Source: Octopus vulgaris
Taxonomy: Eukaryota
Reading direction: 5' to 3'
Length of the DNA: 64,000 nt
Assembly: GCA_951406725.2 (NCBI GenBank)
Contig: OX597834.1
Coordinates: 26,474,001 to 26,538,000 of the forward strand
Shown here in pieces: positions 40,696 to 54,342 of this stretch; position 1 is the stretch's first letter; each line of letters starts with the position of its first letter. Both the position numbers and the translations under genes were made by a program. The notes beneath the pieces were generated by a model that made no database searches, had not been told where the DNA came from, and worked only from the letters and a program-made list of their open reading frames with translations.

Positions 40696-41137
40696 GTTAG
40701 TTAGTTAAGTTAGTTAGTTAATTTTTTGGCTCAAAAAGCAAAAAGCAAGGCCATGTAGGGGGACATGGAGTTATGTACAGGGTGGTGTTCATGTAAAGAG
40801 TTCAGGCCACTTGTGGTCAAGGGAGACTTTGAACCGAGCGGTCGTCGGCATCTTCACCATCTCGTCCGGCAGCTTATTCCACAGATCCGCAACCCGGATG
40901 GAGAAAGCCCCTCTCCTTCGTTTGAGATGAAATCGTCGCAGATAGAGCTTTTCGGAATGACCCCGCAGCCGACGCTCTGGAGCAGGAGTGAAGAACAGCT
41001 ATTTTGAGAGGTTACACTTTCCGCTTATGATGTTGTGAGCAAGAATGAGATCACCATGGCGTCGGCGTTTTTCTAGAGAATAAAGGTCGAGCGCCTTCAG
41101 CCTTTCTTCATAAGACAAATTCTTGAGACCAAGAACC
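40696..41137 (-). mobile_element. CR1-type LINE 3' end with (TAAC)n tail
   Basis: Minus strand LKNLSYEERLKALDLYSLEKRRRHGDLI...LRGHSEKL...FSIRVADLWNKLP. Confidence 0.85.
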
Positions 41138-41660
41138 ATATATTTCGAGTTGCTTCGGCTGCAGAGTTTCCTTTTTTGTACTCATAAAGCATTATGTGCC
41201 TCAAATGCTCTCTGGATACTTCCATGTTAGAAAGGGTTTTAATCAAAGAAATTTTAATTCTATTATTCTGTAAAATAATATTTAATTAGTTTAAATGTAC
41301 ACAAATGCATAAAAATAATTTTTAATTCCATTAGACATTCTAAAATTCTGTTATATTTCATTCAATTTTAAAAAAAGGTCAAAGCATACAGAACTTATGG
41401 GATGGCTTGATATATAAACAAAATGTTATGGATATAGGAAGTGTATATATAAGAGAATTAGCTTTATGGGTAGGGGTCTTAGTGTTTAGATTAACTTGTT
41501 TAATCATGATAGTTGAAGAGAAGGAGATAGATGGGGAGGCAGAAAGATAAATAGACAGACAGACAGACAGAAAGAAAGACAGCTAGCTCACAAGGCAGCT
41601 AGCTAGCTAGCTGGACAGACAGACAGATAGATAGATAGCTAGCTGGACAGACAGACAGAC

Positions 41661-41740
<80 letters not shown>

Positions 41741-41796
41741 GATAAATACATAGATAGATATGTAGATAGATTGATAGATAGAAAGATAGATTGATT

Positions 41797-41848
<52 letters not shown>

Positions 41849-41851
41849 GAC

Positions 41852-41899
<48 letters not shown>

Positions 41900-42666
41900 T
41901 AAATAGGGAGAAAGAGAGAGAGAGAGATGATGAATACATAAATAGATGGAAAGATGGATTGATAAATGGATAGGAGATTTTGATGATGATGATGATGAAG
42001 ATGACAATCCAGTGTGTGTGTGTGCATGTGTGTTTGTGTATGTGTGTGTGTGTAAGTCTGTATGTATGTGAGTGCATTGTGTGTATATGTGTGTGTGTGA
42101 GAGAGAAAGAGAGAAAGAGAAAGAGAGAGAGAGAGTGAAAGAGAAAGAAAGCATGAGAGAGAGAGAGTAAGTGTGTGTGTTTGTATTTCTATATGTTCAT
42201 GTATATGGATATGCATGTATGTGTGTTTTTGACTGTGAGTGTGTGTATGTGTGGGAAGGCTCGTGTGTACGTACCTGAATAAGTGTGTGTGTGTATGTGT
42301 GTGTTTGTAAGTATATATATATGTCTGTAATGTGAGTGTGTGCAAAAAAGAAAGAGAGAGAGAGAGAGCAAACCAATTAGGCATTATGAGAATCAAAAAT
42401 TTGTCTGTCCCCTCCTGCCATCTTGCTCCCCCCCCCCTATCATGTTGCAGGGGTAGGGGATGGGATATGCAGTGATAAGGCTCAGAAATCTAGTTTGAAC
42501 AGGTCACTACAAAACTACTCAGTCCCTATGTTCCCTAATCTATTAATCCCCATCAAGATTGGATTAAGGTCAACTGATGCCTTAAGCCTAATCCCCTAGT
42601 GGTACATACCCCACTTGGCCTTTCCTTTGTCTAACTTCTTGCAAGTGACATTAAGATATCATAAAA

Positions 42667-42667
<1 letters not shown>

Positions 42668-42724
<57 letters not shown>

Positions 42725-42831
42725 GAAGAAGAAGAAGAAGAAGAAGAAGGAGAAGAAGGAGGAGGAGGAGGAGGAGGAAGAAGAAGAAGAAGAAGAAGAA
42801 GAAGAAGAAGAAGAAGAAGAAGGAGAATAAT

Positions 42832-42892
<61 letters not shown>

Positions 42893-42923
42893 GAGAATAA
42901 TAATATTAATAATAATAATAATG

Positions 42924-42997
<74 letters not shown>

Positions 42998-43052
42998 AAG
43001 AAGAAGAAGAAGAAGAAGAAGGAGAATAATAATATTAATAATGATAATAATG

Positions 43053-43135
<83 letters not shown>
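42668..43135. repeat. Alternating (AAT)n/(AAG)n compound microsatellite
   Basis: Four (aat)n-(aag)n blocks, the first three ending ggagaat. Confidence 0.95.
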
Positions 43136-43139
43136 GTCT

Positions 43140-43560
43140 TAACACTAGAGGAGTATAAATCAAGATGTGACAGGGTTTGCTAATATCTACCCTGGTTAAT
43201 ACCTTGGCATCATAAAATCAAAACTGCTGACAAGTGGTATAATCCCCACCCTGAGGCTGTAACTGAGGTAGAAACTGTTAATGATTCTTTGGGACTTTCC
43301 AGTTATATACAGACCGGACCATCAAAGCTAATAAACTGCATATTGTCGTGGAAGACCAAAACAATAAAGAATGTTTAGCAAGTCACATGAGTATCCCTTG
43401 TGATCATAATAGCTTGACGAAAGAATTTGACAAGCTCAAATGGTTCCGGGTTCAGTCCCACTGCGTGGCATCTTGGGCAAGTGTCTTCTGCTATAGCCCC
43501 GGGCCGACCAATGCCTTGTGAGTGGATTTGGTAGACGGAAACTGAAAGAAGCCTGTCGTA

Positions 43561-43605
<45 letters not shown>

Positions 43606-43940
43606 TTGTGTGTCTGTGTTTGTCCCCCTAGCATTGCTTGACAACCGATGCTGGTGTGTTTACGTCCCTGTCACTTAGCAGTTCAGCAAAAAGAGACCGA
43701 TAGAATAAGTACTGGGCTTACAAAGAATAAGTCCCGGGGTCGATTTGCTCGACTAAAGGTGGTGCTCCAGCATGGCCGCAGTCAAATGACTGAAACAAGT
43801 AAAAGAGTAAAAGAGAGAGAGTATTTGCTAATTGAAATTGAAAACATGTGGCATCTCAAGGTGGTTGCAATACAAGTGATGGAAGGATCATGAGGAATGA
43901 TCAAAGAAGGAACTGAAGATTATTTGTGAATGATCAGTGC
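43140..43940 (+). mobile_element. Degenerate R4/Dong-like fragment interrupted by a SINE (about 43440-43820)
   Basis: WY.PHPEAV, LWDFP..TDRTIKAN, MSIPCD, IEIENMWHL...GMIK motifs next to an (AAT)/(AAG) array. Confidence 0.6.
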
Positions 43941-44374
43941 AATAGATTGTTTTAATTGCTATGTCACTCCTATTAAGAAGAGCATTGTTGATGTCAGAAT
44001 GATTCCTGCTCGTGTATTTTAATTTTTGTTTTTCACATATAGGCATAGGAGTGGCTGTGTGGTAAATAGCTTGCTTATGAACCACATGGTTCCGGGCTCA
44101 GTCCCACTGTGTGGCACCTTGGGCAAGTGTCTTCTACTATAGCCTTGGGCTGACCAAAGCCTTGTGAGTGGATATGATAGACAGAAACTAAAAGAAGCTC
44201 ATCGTATATATGTATATATATATGTGTATGTGTATATGTTTGTGTGTCTGTGTTTGTCCTCCCAACATCGCTTGACAACCGATGCTGGTGTATTTACATC
44301 CCTGTAACTTAGTGGTTCAGCAATAGAGCCCGATAGAATAAGCACTAGGCTTACAAAGAATAAGTCATTATCTG

Positions 44375-45200
44375 ACTGGCAGGAGAATACATTGCATGGC
44401 AGATAGTTGCAGTAAATAGTGGTAGTGAGATATGATTATGGTTGCAGAAAGGAAGGCTGAAAAGGAAAACAGAAAGTTTTTTAGTAGCAGCACAAGAGCA
44501 AGCTTTAAGGATTAATTGGATAAAAGCCAAGATAGACAAAAACCAAGTAGATTCCCAATGTAGGTTATGCAAATCAAAAGAGGGAAGTGTTACTTATGCA
44601 GTAGCATGCTGGCACAGAAAGACTACAAGAAAAGACATAACTTATGGAGAGTAATCCACTGGGAGTTATGTGGAAAGTTAGGATTTGAACATGCTAATAA
44701 ATGGTATGAACACGACCCTAGTAAAGTGCTAGAAAGTAAGAAATATAAGATGTTGTGGGACTTTAACTTTCAGACTGACAGAGTAAAGCTAGAATGCCTG
44801 ATTTAGTAGATGTAGATAAAGGGAATAGAAAGAGCCAGATAATTGAATTTACAGTCTGAAATGATAAAAAAATCTATATGAGAGGTTTAGAAAAAATAGC
44901 AATGTACCAGGACCTAGCCATTGAATTACAGAGACTATGGAAAGTGCGGGTAAAATGTATTCCAGTAGTTATAGGTGCATTAGGAACTATCTCTAAAGAT
45001 TTGGACAGATGGGTAGAGGAAATAGGCATAAAACCCAGTTTAGTACAGCTCCAGAAAATGGTGTTATTAGGGACAGCTAGGATACTTAGGTGGGTTCTTG
45101 GCATCTAAGGTTACTTGTTGTGGTCGATGTTAGGAATTTTTCTATTCTGTTGTGTGTATATGATTAACAACAACACCAACAACAATTGTAATAAGGATAA
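44375..45200 (+). mobile_element. R4/Dong-like non-LTR retrotransposon 3' part (CCHC plus restriction-like endonuclease)
   Basis: Frameshifted TESFLVAAQEQAL, CRLC, YKKRHN, WYEH.P..VLE, LWDF..QTD, PD, YQDLAIELQRLW, PVVIGALG, LQK.VLLGTARILR. Ends in an (aac)/(aat) tail. Confidence 0.85.
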
Positions 45201-45786
45201 TAATAATGAACTTATAATATAGAGTAGTCAGGTGCACTACAGCTCATAAGAAAAGAGTAAAAGAGGGGACAGAGAGCAGATATGTATGTCCAGTAAAGAA
45301 AGACAACAATAATAGTCAAAAGTATGTCCAAAGTACATAGAATAAAACATAAAAGACAGGCATGAACTGTAAAAGAGTCATAAAGAGGAAAGGAAAAGAT
45401 AGATAGGCACATAAGGGATAGTACTAGTGAATTTAAGGGAGCATGGAATTTTTGGAGGATGCTGTGTTCTGACAGCTAACAACAGATGTGGGTACTTTAT
45501 TTCATGCTTCAACAATTCTGAATACGAAAAAAGAAGTGTGTATTTAGGGCAATAGTTTACATTTTTATTCCATTTTTCTTTCTTTTTGTTTTTTTGTAAA
45601 TTTAACTGATGTAATTTTCGCATTTTCCATTATAATATATGCATAATCTGCTTTGAGCATATAAGTTCATAAGGCCGAGATTTATCTGGGTTTTCAAAGT
45701 GTTCAGATTGAAGGTACAAAACCCTCTTTTCACTGAGTGGGTCTCTCACTCCCTTACAGGGTTAACCACAAGGTATCTTGTACTCA

Positions 45787-46022
45787 AGGCAGCGAGCTGG
45801 GAGAAACGTTAGCACGCCGGGCGAAATGCTTTGCAGTATTTCGCCTGTCGTTACGTTCTGAGTTCAAATTCCGCCGAGGTCGACTTTGCCTTTCATCCTT
45901 TTGGGGTTGATTAAATAAGTACCAGTTACACACTGGGGTCGATATAATCGACTTAATCTGTCTGTCTATCCTTGTTTGTCCTCTCTGTGTTTAGCCCCTT
46001 GTGGGTAGTAAAGAAATAGGTA
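45787..46022 (+). mobile_element. tRNA-derived SINE family B (Meta-domain-like)
   Basis: ggc.gcgagctgg..gagttcaaattcc head and gcctttcatcctttcggggtcgataaattaagtaccag-type core. Copies at about 8390, 10670, 22100, 23292, 30725, 32350-33180, 35278, 36861, 38960. Confidence 0.75.
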
Positions 46023-46403
46023 TCACTGGTGTTCATTTTTAATAGTATGTGCTGGAGTAACATGAAATAAAAAGCCTTGCTCCATATATATATAATAATG
46101 ATGATAAATGTGTTTCTATATATATATGAGAGGCTTCCACATAGTTTATATTCATCAAATTTTACATACAGGATATTGGTTAACAGAAGGCTGGAGTAAA
46201 ACCCATTTGTCTAAGTTGCTATTCAGTGGCCCAAACAGTTATAATAAAACTTCTTAAACACATGGCTGTGTCTGCAACAATTATACCTGAAAGGAGAACA
46301 AAGAAAAGAAAGATGGAATGGTCAAAGCTGGAAAGCCTTTTATCATAGGTTAACCTGAATAAAACTGATCTAGGGTTAAAGAAAATCATAAATAACAACT
46401 TAA

Positions 46404-46854
46404 CCCTTTCATTACCAACCCGGCCAAAACCGCCTCTAGCTCTGTAGTACAAATGTCTTGTTTTCTTAAGTTTTGAATTAAAATCTACCACCAAATTTAT
46501 GTTCCTAACACTAGCTTAATGGTAACTAAGTTATTTTACAAGACATATTTACAAAGTAAGAAAACAGCACAGCTCCCATGACTTCAGGAAACATTTTTTC
46601 ACGCTGAGAGTTGCTGAAGCATGGAACAAACTGCCGGCATCAGTTGTTAGTTGTCGGAGCACTGCATCCTTCAAAACTTCCATGCTTCCTGAGATTCACC
46701 AACACTACACTTGATTTTCTCCCCTCCATACACACACAAGCATGTATCTGACTCATACATTGTTCGCTTTCCAGACATTTCTACATTACTGCATATACTT
46801 TATACGCACTTTCTGACAAGTTGTGGTGCACCTGAGCACTGTATACAATAATTC

Positions 46855-46897
<43 letters not shown>

Positions 46898-46974
46898 TTA
46901 CTAAATTCTTTGTTATATTTAAAAGAATTGAAAGAAACACAGAGCATCTCAACAGAAATACGGTAATGAAAGGG
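46404..46974. mobile_element. piggyBac-type MITE (family 1) interrupted by a CR1 LINE 3' end
   Basis: Perfect TIR ccctttcattacc/ggtaatgaaaggg with TTAA duplication. A further copy lies at 48453-48663. Confidence 0.8.
46540..46895 (+). mobile_element. CR1-type LINE 3' end with (ATT)n tail
   Basis: YKVRKQHSSHDFRKHFFTLRVAEAWNKLPASVV...SFK, then 3' UTR, (att)n tail and TSD ttattttac. Confidence 0.8.
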
Positions 46975-47348
46975 TTAAGTTTGGATGAGTGTTGCTAGCC
47001 TGGTGCTACCTCGAACCGCTGCCCTACCTTGATGAAACACTCACTGCTGTCTTTTGCAGTGATGTGTTAAAACAGATGTCGATATGAAAATATAATAAAT
47101 GACGCATACACACATGCATGCAGACGCACGCCCACACGCGTGCACACACACACACACACACACACAGATAATATATGTATGTATATGAATGTAACATTCA
47201 GAATATTTATGAAATCTACAATGCATACATATGTACATTACATATTTGGAGATATATATAACACACATATGTGTACGTATACATATATGTATGTATATAT
47301 ACATACATATATATATATATGTGTGTGTGTGTAAATTTATACATATAA

Positions 47349-47381
<33 letters not shown>

Positions 47382-47418
47382 AATATGTATATATATCATT
47401 CTTGTATATGTGTGTTTG

Positions 47419-47451
<33 letters not shown>

Positions 47452-47458
47452 ATATATA

Positions 47459-47505
<47 letters not shown>

Positions 47506-47929
47506 ATACATACATATACATATGTGCTTGTGTTTGTGTGTATATATGCTTGAAATATTGGGTGTGTTTCTAAAAATGATGTGTAATATGTTGCTTTTAT
47601 ATTCACAGGTGTGGCTGTGTGGTAAAAATCTTGCTTCCCAATCACATGCCTCTGGGTTCAGTCCCACTGGGTGGCACCTTGTATACGTTTGTGTGACTGT
47701 GTTTGTCCCCTCACTATTGCTTGCCAACTGATGCTGGTGTTGTATGTCCCTGTAACTTGGTAGTTTGGCAAAAGAAACTGATAGAATAAATACTAGACTT
47801 ACCAAGAATAGGTCCTGGGTTCAATTTGTTCGGATAAAGGTGGTGCTTCAGCATGGCCACAGTCCCATGACTGAATAAAAGAATATGTATATTTGTATGT
47901 GTGTGTTTGTATATAAAGATATTTTTAAG

Positions 47930-48890
47930 AAGTTGAAACTTTAGAAATATTACTTCATTAATGGTTAAAATTTCATCAACAGCAAAAATATATGAGTTTC
48001 ATTGGGGTTATGGCCTCATTTATGCCCCCTTACTTCAAAGATATACTGCATTATATCTGTCCTTATGCATAGAATATAATTTCCAAATTTTATAAAGATC
48101 CATTCAGTACTTTTGAGCTGTTTTGGATCATAAAAAAATGACTAAAATTTGGGATTTCCAAATTTCATAAAGATCCATTCAGTACTTTTGAACTAGTTTT
48201 GGATCATTAAAAATGACTAAAATTTGGGATTTCCAAATTTCATAAAGATCCATTCAGTACTTTTGAGCTAGTTTTGGATCATAAAAAATTACTAAAATTT
48301 GGGAGTTAAGGCCCCCATTAGGGGGTCTTAGAATCCTCATGAGAAGCGGAAACTTTGGGAATATTTCTTGATGTGTGTCAATTACCTATGGTTGAAATTT
48401 CATCAACATCGGAAATTTATGAATTTTCATGAGGGGGTTCTTCCCCCTTTAACCCTTTTGTTACCAACCCGGCTCTGGCTCTTTAGTATGAATGTCTTGC
48501 TTCCATAAGTTTTGAATTCAAATCTTCTACCAAACTTTAGTCAAAATTTATGTTCCTAACACTAGCTCAATGATAACGATGTTATTTTACTAAATTCTTT
48601 GTTATATTTAAAATAATTGGAAGAAACACAGAGCATCTCAAAATAAATACTGTAACGAAAGGGTTAAGCCAACTCAAATTGAAACCAAACATGCTGCATT
48701 ATACCTGCCCTTATGCATTGAAACTAAGTTCCAAATATAAGGATCCATTCAGTAATTTTGGTCCATGAAATTGTATGAAACATACAGCACTGGATTTTGC
48801 ATTCCAAATTTCATTAGGATCGGTGCAGTAATTTCCGAATGCATAAGTAACACATGAACACACGTAAAGACACTGACATTTATATAATAG
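47930..48890 (-). mobile_element. Helitron-like remnant with internal 75-bp x3 tandem repeat and a nested MITE
   Basis: Minus-strand 5' end atctattatataaa at about 48890. Repeated ccaaatttcataaagatccattcagtac at 48081, 48156, 48231. Confidence 0.5.
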
Positions 48891-49156
48891 ATATGAATAT
48901 GCACATATACATACATGTATAAATGTGTGTGTGTTTGTCCCCCACCATTGCATGACAACTGATGGTGGCATGTCTACGTCCCGGTAACTTAGTGGTTCAG
49001 CAAAAGAGACCAATACAATAAAGTACTAGGCTTACAAAGAATAAGTCCAGGCGGTGGGGTAGGGTGGGGGTTTGTTTGACAAAAGGCGGTGCTCCAGCAT
49101 GGCTGCAGTCAAATGACAGAAACAAATAAAAGAATATATATATGTATATGTATATA

Positions 49157-49193
<37 letters not shown>

Positions 49194-49203
49194 TTATATA
49201 TAC

Positions 49204-49261
<58 letters not shown>

Positions 49262-49324
49262 GTGTGTGTATATATATATATATGTATATATATCTGTAAA
49301 TGTAATACGTGACAATTATTCTGT

Positions 49325-49396
49325 AGCCAAGATAAAACTCTGAGTTTCGGATTCCGAGGTGGAAATCCACGCCTCCATCTCTTCAGTTATCCGGCC
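49325..49396 (-). ncRNA. Type I hammerhead ribozyme motif
   Basis: Minus strand ggccggataa-CTGAAGA-[long helix II incl. gag..gtgg attt ccac ctc]-GAAA-ctc a gag-TT-ttatcttggct. A truncated relative lies at about 27660-27705. Confidence 0.55.
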
Positions 49397-49825
49397 ATCG
49401 GAAAAACGCTATGAAAAATGACCCATATATATATATATATATAGATACATACCATATGCACACATGTATTTGTTTGTATAAGGTTGTATAAGAGCAAATA
49501 CTTATATGACTAGTCTGTGAGTAACTGTGTCTAAAGTGAAAGAGATAGAGAGAGAGAGAGAGAGAGAGTAGGAAAGGGAGAATGAGAGAGAGGAGAGAGA
49601 CAGTTGGTGTAAGAGAGAAGGTGAGAGGGTGGTGTGTGTGCCTAAGAATATTCTGATGAGAAAGCAAACGTGGACCTGAGTATCAGTCACTGCAATAATG
49701 TTGCTGACATTGTTCCACATCCTCTCACATACTGTGCAGATGTTTTATACACAGTTACTCTAAGTGTAATCACTCACACATGCATACACATACATATATG
49801 TGCATACATGCATACACACATACGC

Positions 49826-49859
<34 letters not shown>

Positions 49860-49946
49860 TTCTTCCATTTTCCTGAGCGCCTAATAATAATAATACTGTA
49901 ATTGTTCCACGTGTTGTTGTTTTTTCTGTTTTCCCGTTTGGATTAA

Positions 49947-49993
<47 letters not shown>

Positions 49994-50165
49994 ATATATA
50001 TATATGTGTATATATATATATATACATATAAATATGCATATATATGTATATATATATATATATGCATATATATATATATATATGCATATATATATATATA
50101 TAATGTATATATATATGTATATTTATATATATATACATATATATATATATATGTATTTATATATG

Positions 50166-50205
<40 letters not shown>

Positions 50206-50308
50206 TGTATGTATGTGTGTATATATATATATATGATATATGATATATGATATATGATATATATATATACATATATCTCTTATTATAATATATATATATA
50301 TATACATA

Positions 50309-50710
50309 TATGAGGGTGTACCCAAAAGAAACCGGAATTTTGCAGTATTATTTTATTCACCTAGTATTTGATGTTTACACTTTTATCACCCTTCAAAGTG
50401 TTCTCCATTTGAAGCAATGCAATGGTCCAAACGTGTTTACCACAGTTCAAAGCAGTCCTGGAACTCTTGCGAAGAGATGCCCTTTAATGCCCCTGTCGTT
50501 TTTCTCTTCATCTCCTCCTCCACATCTGCAAAGCATTTTCCTTTAAAGATTTTTTTTTCATTTGGAGGAACAGAAGAAAGTTAAGTGAGGTCATGCCCTC
50601 TTTGGCAAAAAATGTCCCACACTCAGGGCAGCATGTGCAGGCATATTGTCATGATGAAATCACCACTGTCCACTTTGTCACAGGTGGGGGCATTTTTGTC
50701 TAAGCACTCT
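50309..50710 (-). mobile_element. Mariner element 3' end with TIR
   Basis: TIR-like ta-tgagggtgtacccaaaag next to (TA)n. Minus strand MKK.LKGKCFADVEE...LKGISSQEFQDCFELW*TRLDHCIASNGEHFEG. Confidence 0.7.
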
Positions 50711-52026
50711 TGCTCTAGTGAGGATGACATGCAGTTTTGCAGGACTATGAACCCTGAGAAGGGATGGTGCTTTTATGCAAGGAGATGTAAGTAAAGTTAC
50801 CTTTTCAAGTCATGCTAACTCACAATGGCTGATTTCCCGGTTTCTTGGCGGATATATTCTGCATTTTGATGGGATGCCAATCTATCACAGGGTTATTCAT
50901 TTTTGCTAGCTGAGTGAATTGGAGCAACATAAAATGAGGTGTTTTGCTCCAGAACACAACACATCACCTGGGCCAAAATGCAAAACCATAGTTTTATGAT
51001 CACGAGTCCAATACCCTAACCACTAAGCCACGTTCCTCTGCCAATGCAAGGAAATGAGGAGTTAAGATATAAGAGAAGGGGCAGAGCTAAAGAAGTTTCT
51101 TGTAGACGAACTACAAGTCTATTCATATTTTAGAAGAAATTATGGAGGTAATCAAGGTGGAATGTTTTTATATCCTTTTCATATATCCTTTATATCTCTT
51201 TCTTTCTCTTTCTCTTTTACTTGTTTCAGTCATTTGACTGCGGCCATGCTGGAGCACCGCCTTTAGTCGAGCAAATCGACCCCGGGACTTATTCTTTGTA
51301 AGCCCAGTACTTATTCTATCGGTCTCTTTTGCCGAACCGCTAAATAATGGGGACATAAACACACCAGCACCGGTTGTCAAGCAGTGCTAGGGGTGCTAGG
51401 GGGACAAACACAGACACACAAACACACACATGCATATATATATATATATATATACATATATACGACGGGCTTCTTTTCAGTTTCCGTCTACCAAATCCAC
51501 TCACAAGGCTTTGGACGGCCCGAGGCTATAGTAGAAGACACTTGCCCAAGGTGTCACGCAGTGGGACTGAACCCAGAACCTTGTGGTTGGTAAACAAGCT
51601 ACTTACCACACAGCCACTCCTGCGCCTATATCCTTTTCATATTCCTTGATTTCAAATTCAAATTTCTGATCTTGTCTTCCAATGTGAAGAGATGTTTCCC
51701 TTCAGTTAACAGCCATCCACGGGGTACCACACATGTGAGTAAAACGTAAATGATTCATTATAAAAACACCAACTTAATGCTTAAATTTCAGGGATAATAC
51801 AATAAACTGTTGTAGTTTCAATGTGGCACAGGTATAATTCCTGTTGTCTTTCAGATCCAATATTTAAACTAAATATAACAATATTATGTATAGGCGCAGG
51901 AGTGGCTGTGTGGTAAGTAGCTTGCTTACCAACCACACTAAGGTTTGGTGAAAGATTTTAATTCAGAACTTTTGAAAACAAGACATTTGTACTACAGAGC
52001 CAGAGGCGGTTTCAGGCGGGTTGGTA

Positions 52027-52411
52027 GTAGAAGCACTCCGTCGGTTACGACGACGAGGGTTCCAGTTGATCCGAATCAACGGAACAGCCTGCTCGTGAAA
52101 TTAACGTGCAAGTGGCTGAGCACTCCACAGACACGTGTAACCTTAACGTAGTTCTCGGGGATATTCAGCGTGACACAGAGAGTGACAAGGCCGGCCCCTT
52201 GAAATACAGGTACAACAGAAACAGGAAGTAAGAGTGAGAGAAAGTTGTGGTGAAAGAGTACAGCAGGGATCACCACCATCCCCTGCCGGAGCCTCGTGGT
52301 GCTGTAGGTGTTTTCGCTCAATAAACACTCACAACGCCCAGTCTGGGAATCGAAACCGCGATCCTATGACCGTGAGTCCACTGCCCTAACCACTGGGCCA
52401 TTGCGCCTCCA
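52027..52411 (-). mobile_element. tRNA-derived SINE family D, full length with 14-bp TSD
   Basis: TSD caggcgggttggta at 52013-52026 and 52412-52425. Head tggaggcgcaatggcccagtggttagggc...ggtttcgattccc. Inserted in a piggyBac MITE. Confidence 0.85.
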
Positions 52412-52598
52412 CAGGCGGGTTGGTATCAAAAGGGTTAAATATAGTTGAGATGTTAGCAGATAAAATCTGTCTCTTCATTTGGTGATATTGTGATGGGAGA
52501 ACTGTGCATATTTGTGTTACATTGAATATAAGCTTTCCTGTGATGATAAAGCAAACTTTCATTTCATGTGACTCTAAAGAGATGTTAATAATGAAGAT

Positions 52599-52660
<62 letters not shown>

Positions 52661-53111
52661 AATTCTATTTTATACAGTCACATGAAATAAAATGTGCTTA
52701 ATCATGGCAACAAATGCATTCTCTAGGCAGTACCTAGCAAAAAAAATCTTTCGTATATTCCGTATATATAAAATTTTGGTGATGCAAATAGAGACAGACA
52801 TCAAAACATGAGTCACTTTGTAATAATATCATTAATAAATATTAATAAGTATGTGTGTGTGTGTTCTTTTTTTAGTTCTCTCAGTCTGTGGCCATGCTGG
52901 AGCACTGCCTTGAAGAGTTTTAGTCAAACAAATCGACCCTGGGACATTTTTTTTTTTGAGGCCAGTACTTAATTCTATCAGTCTCCTTTGCTGAACTGCT
53001 ATGTTATAGAGATGTAAATACACCAACACCAGTTGTCAAGTGCTGATGTAGGGACAATCACAAAGACACACACACACACACACACACAGATATATATATA
53101 TGAATATATAT

Positions 53112-53172
<61 letters not shown>

Positions 53173-53342
53173 GCTTCTTTCAGTTTCCGTCTGCCAAATC
53201 CATTCACAAGGCTTTGATTAGCCTGATGCTATAGTAGAGGAGACTTGGCCAAGGTGCCATGCAGAGGGACTGAACCTGGAACCATGTGGTTGGGAAGCAA
53301 GCTTCTTGTTATGCAACTATACCTGCACCTATATATATATAT

Positions 53343-53388
<46 letters not shown>

Positions 53389-53801
53389 AGATAGAGAGAG
53401 AGAGAGAGAGTGAAAGAGAAATAGAGAGATAGATAGATAGATAGATAGATAGATTTCTGTATTAGTTTTACAAGATTCTTGATGTCAAACTGTATGTTAA
53501 AACAGATATTGTTATATTTGGGAACGGTCATTATTTTTTTGCCAATTAAATACACAGACTATTTAATTGATCTTCATTTGGGTTTTTAGTTGTATTATTT
53601 TTAGTTGTCAAAAGTTGTATTATTTGTTTGTCAAAGTTCTTCTGTCATATATTTTGTGACCTCGTCTGTGACTCTGACCCATGTGCCTCCTCTTGTCCTG
53701 CTTATTCTATTTTTAAATAGTGTTTTGTGTTTAAATGGAAAAAAAAAAAAGCAGAAGGCCATCCCTATGTATAACAATGGGAGTGTGTGTATGTATATAT
53801 A

Positions 53802-54135
53802 TCTCTTATATAAGATCCATTCTGTGTGTGTGTGTGTGTGGCTTCTAGGATCTCGGGCATCCTCCATCCGATTGTGCTCAAATTTGATATGTAGATACCG
53901 ACGGTATCAGGGCATGTATAAGTCTTGAAAAAATTACAAAAATCAATTCCAGGTGAGAATGCGATCGATAACGCCGTGGGAAATCGTTATTCTTTGGAAT
54001 AGAAAAAAAGTGTATCTTTATTTCTTCTTTTGCTGGTGTCTCAAATTTAGGTTAAATCAGACAAGTTGTTTTGAGAAAATTTGGTTTAAACGTTTGACAA
54101 CTCAGCACCGTCCATTGGACGGAGTGTTTTGCTTG
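53802..54135 (+). mobile_element. Non-autonomous Helitron
   Basis: 5' a|TCtcttatataa with (tg)n, 3' hairpin ccgtcc-att-ggacgg, then CTTG|t. Confidence 0.7.
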
Positions 54136-54161
54136 TATATATATATATAGATAGCTAGATA

Positions 54162-54255
<94 letters not shown>

Positions 54256-54342
54256 ATATATGATAAAAAATTTTTTGGGAAAAAAAAATTTTTTATCAAT
54301 GGTCAGCATATCAAACAATGCCTTTAAAGGTAAAATTTATAC

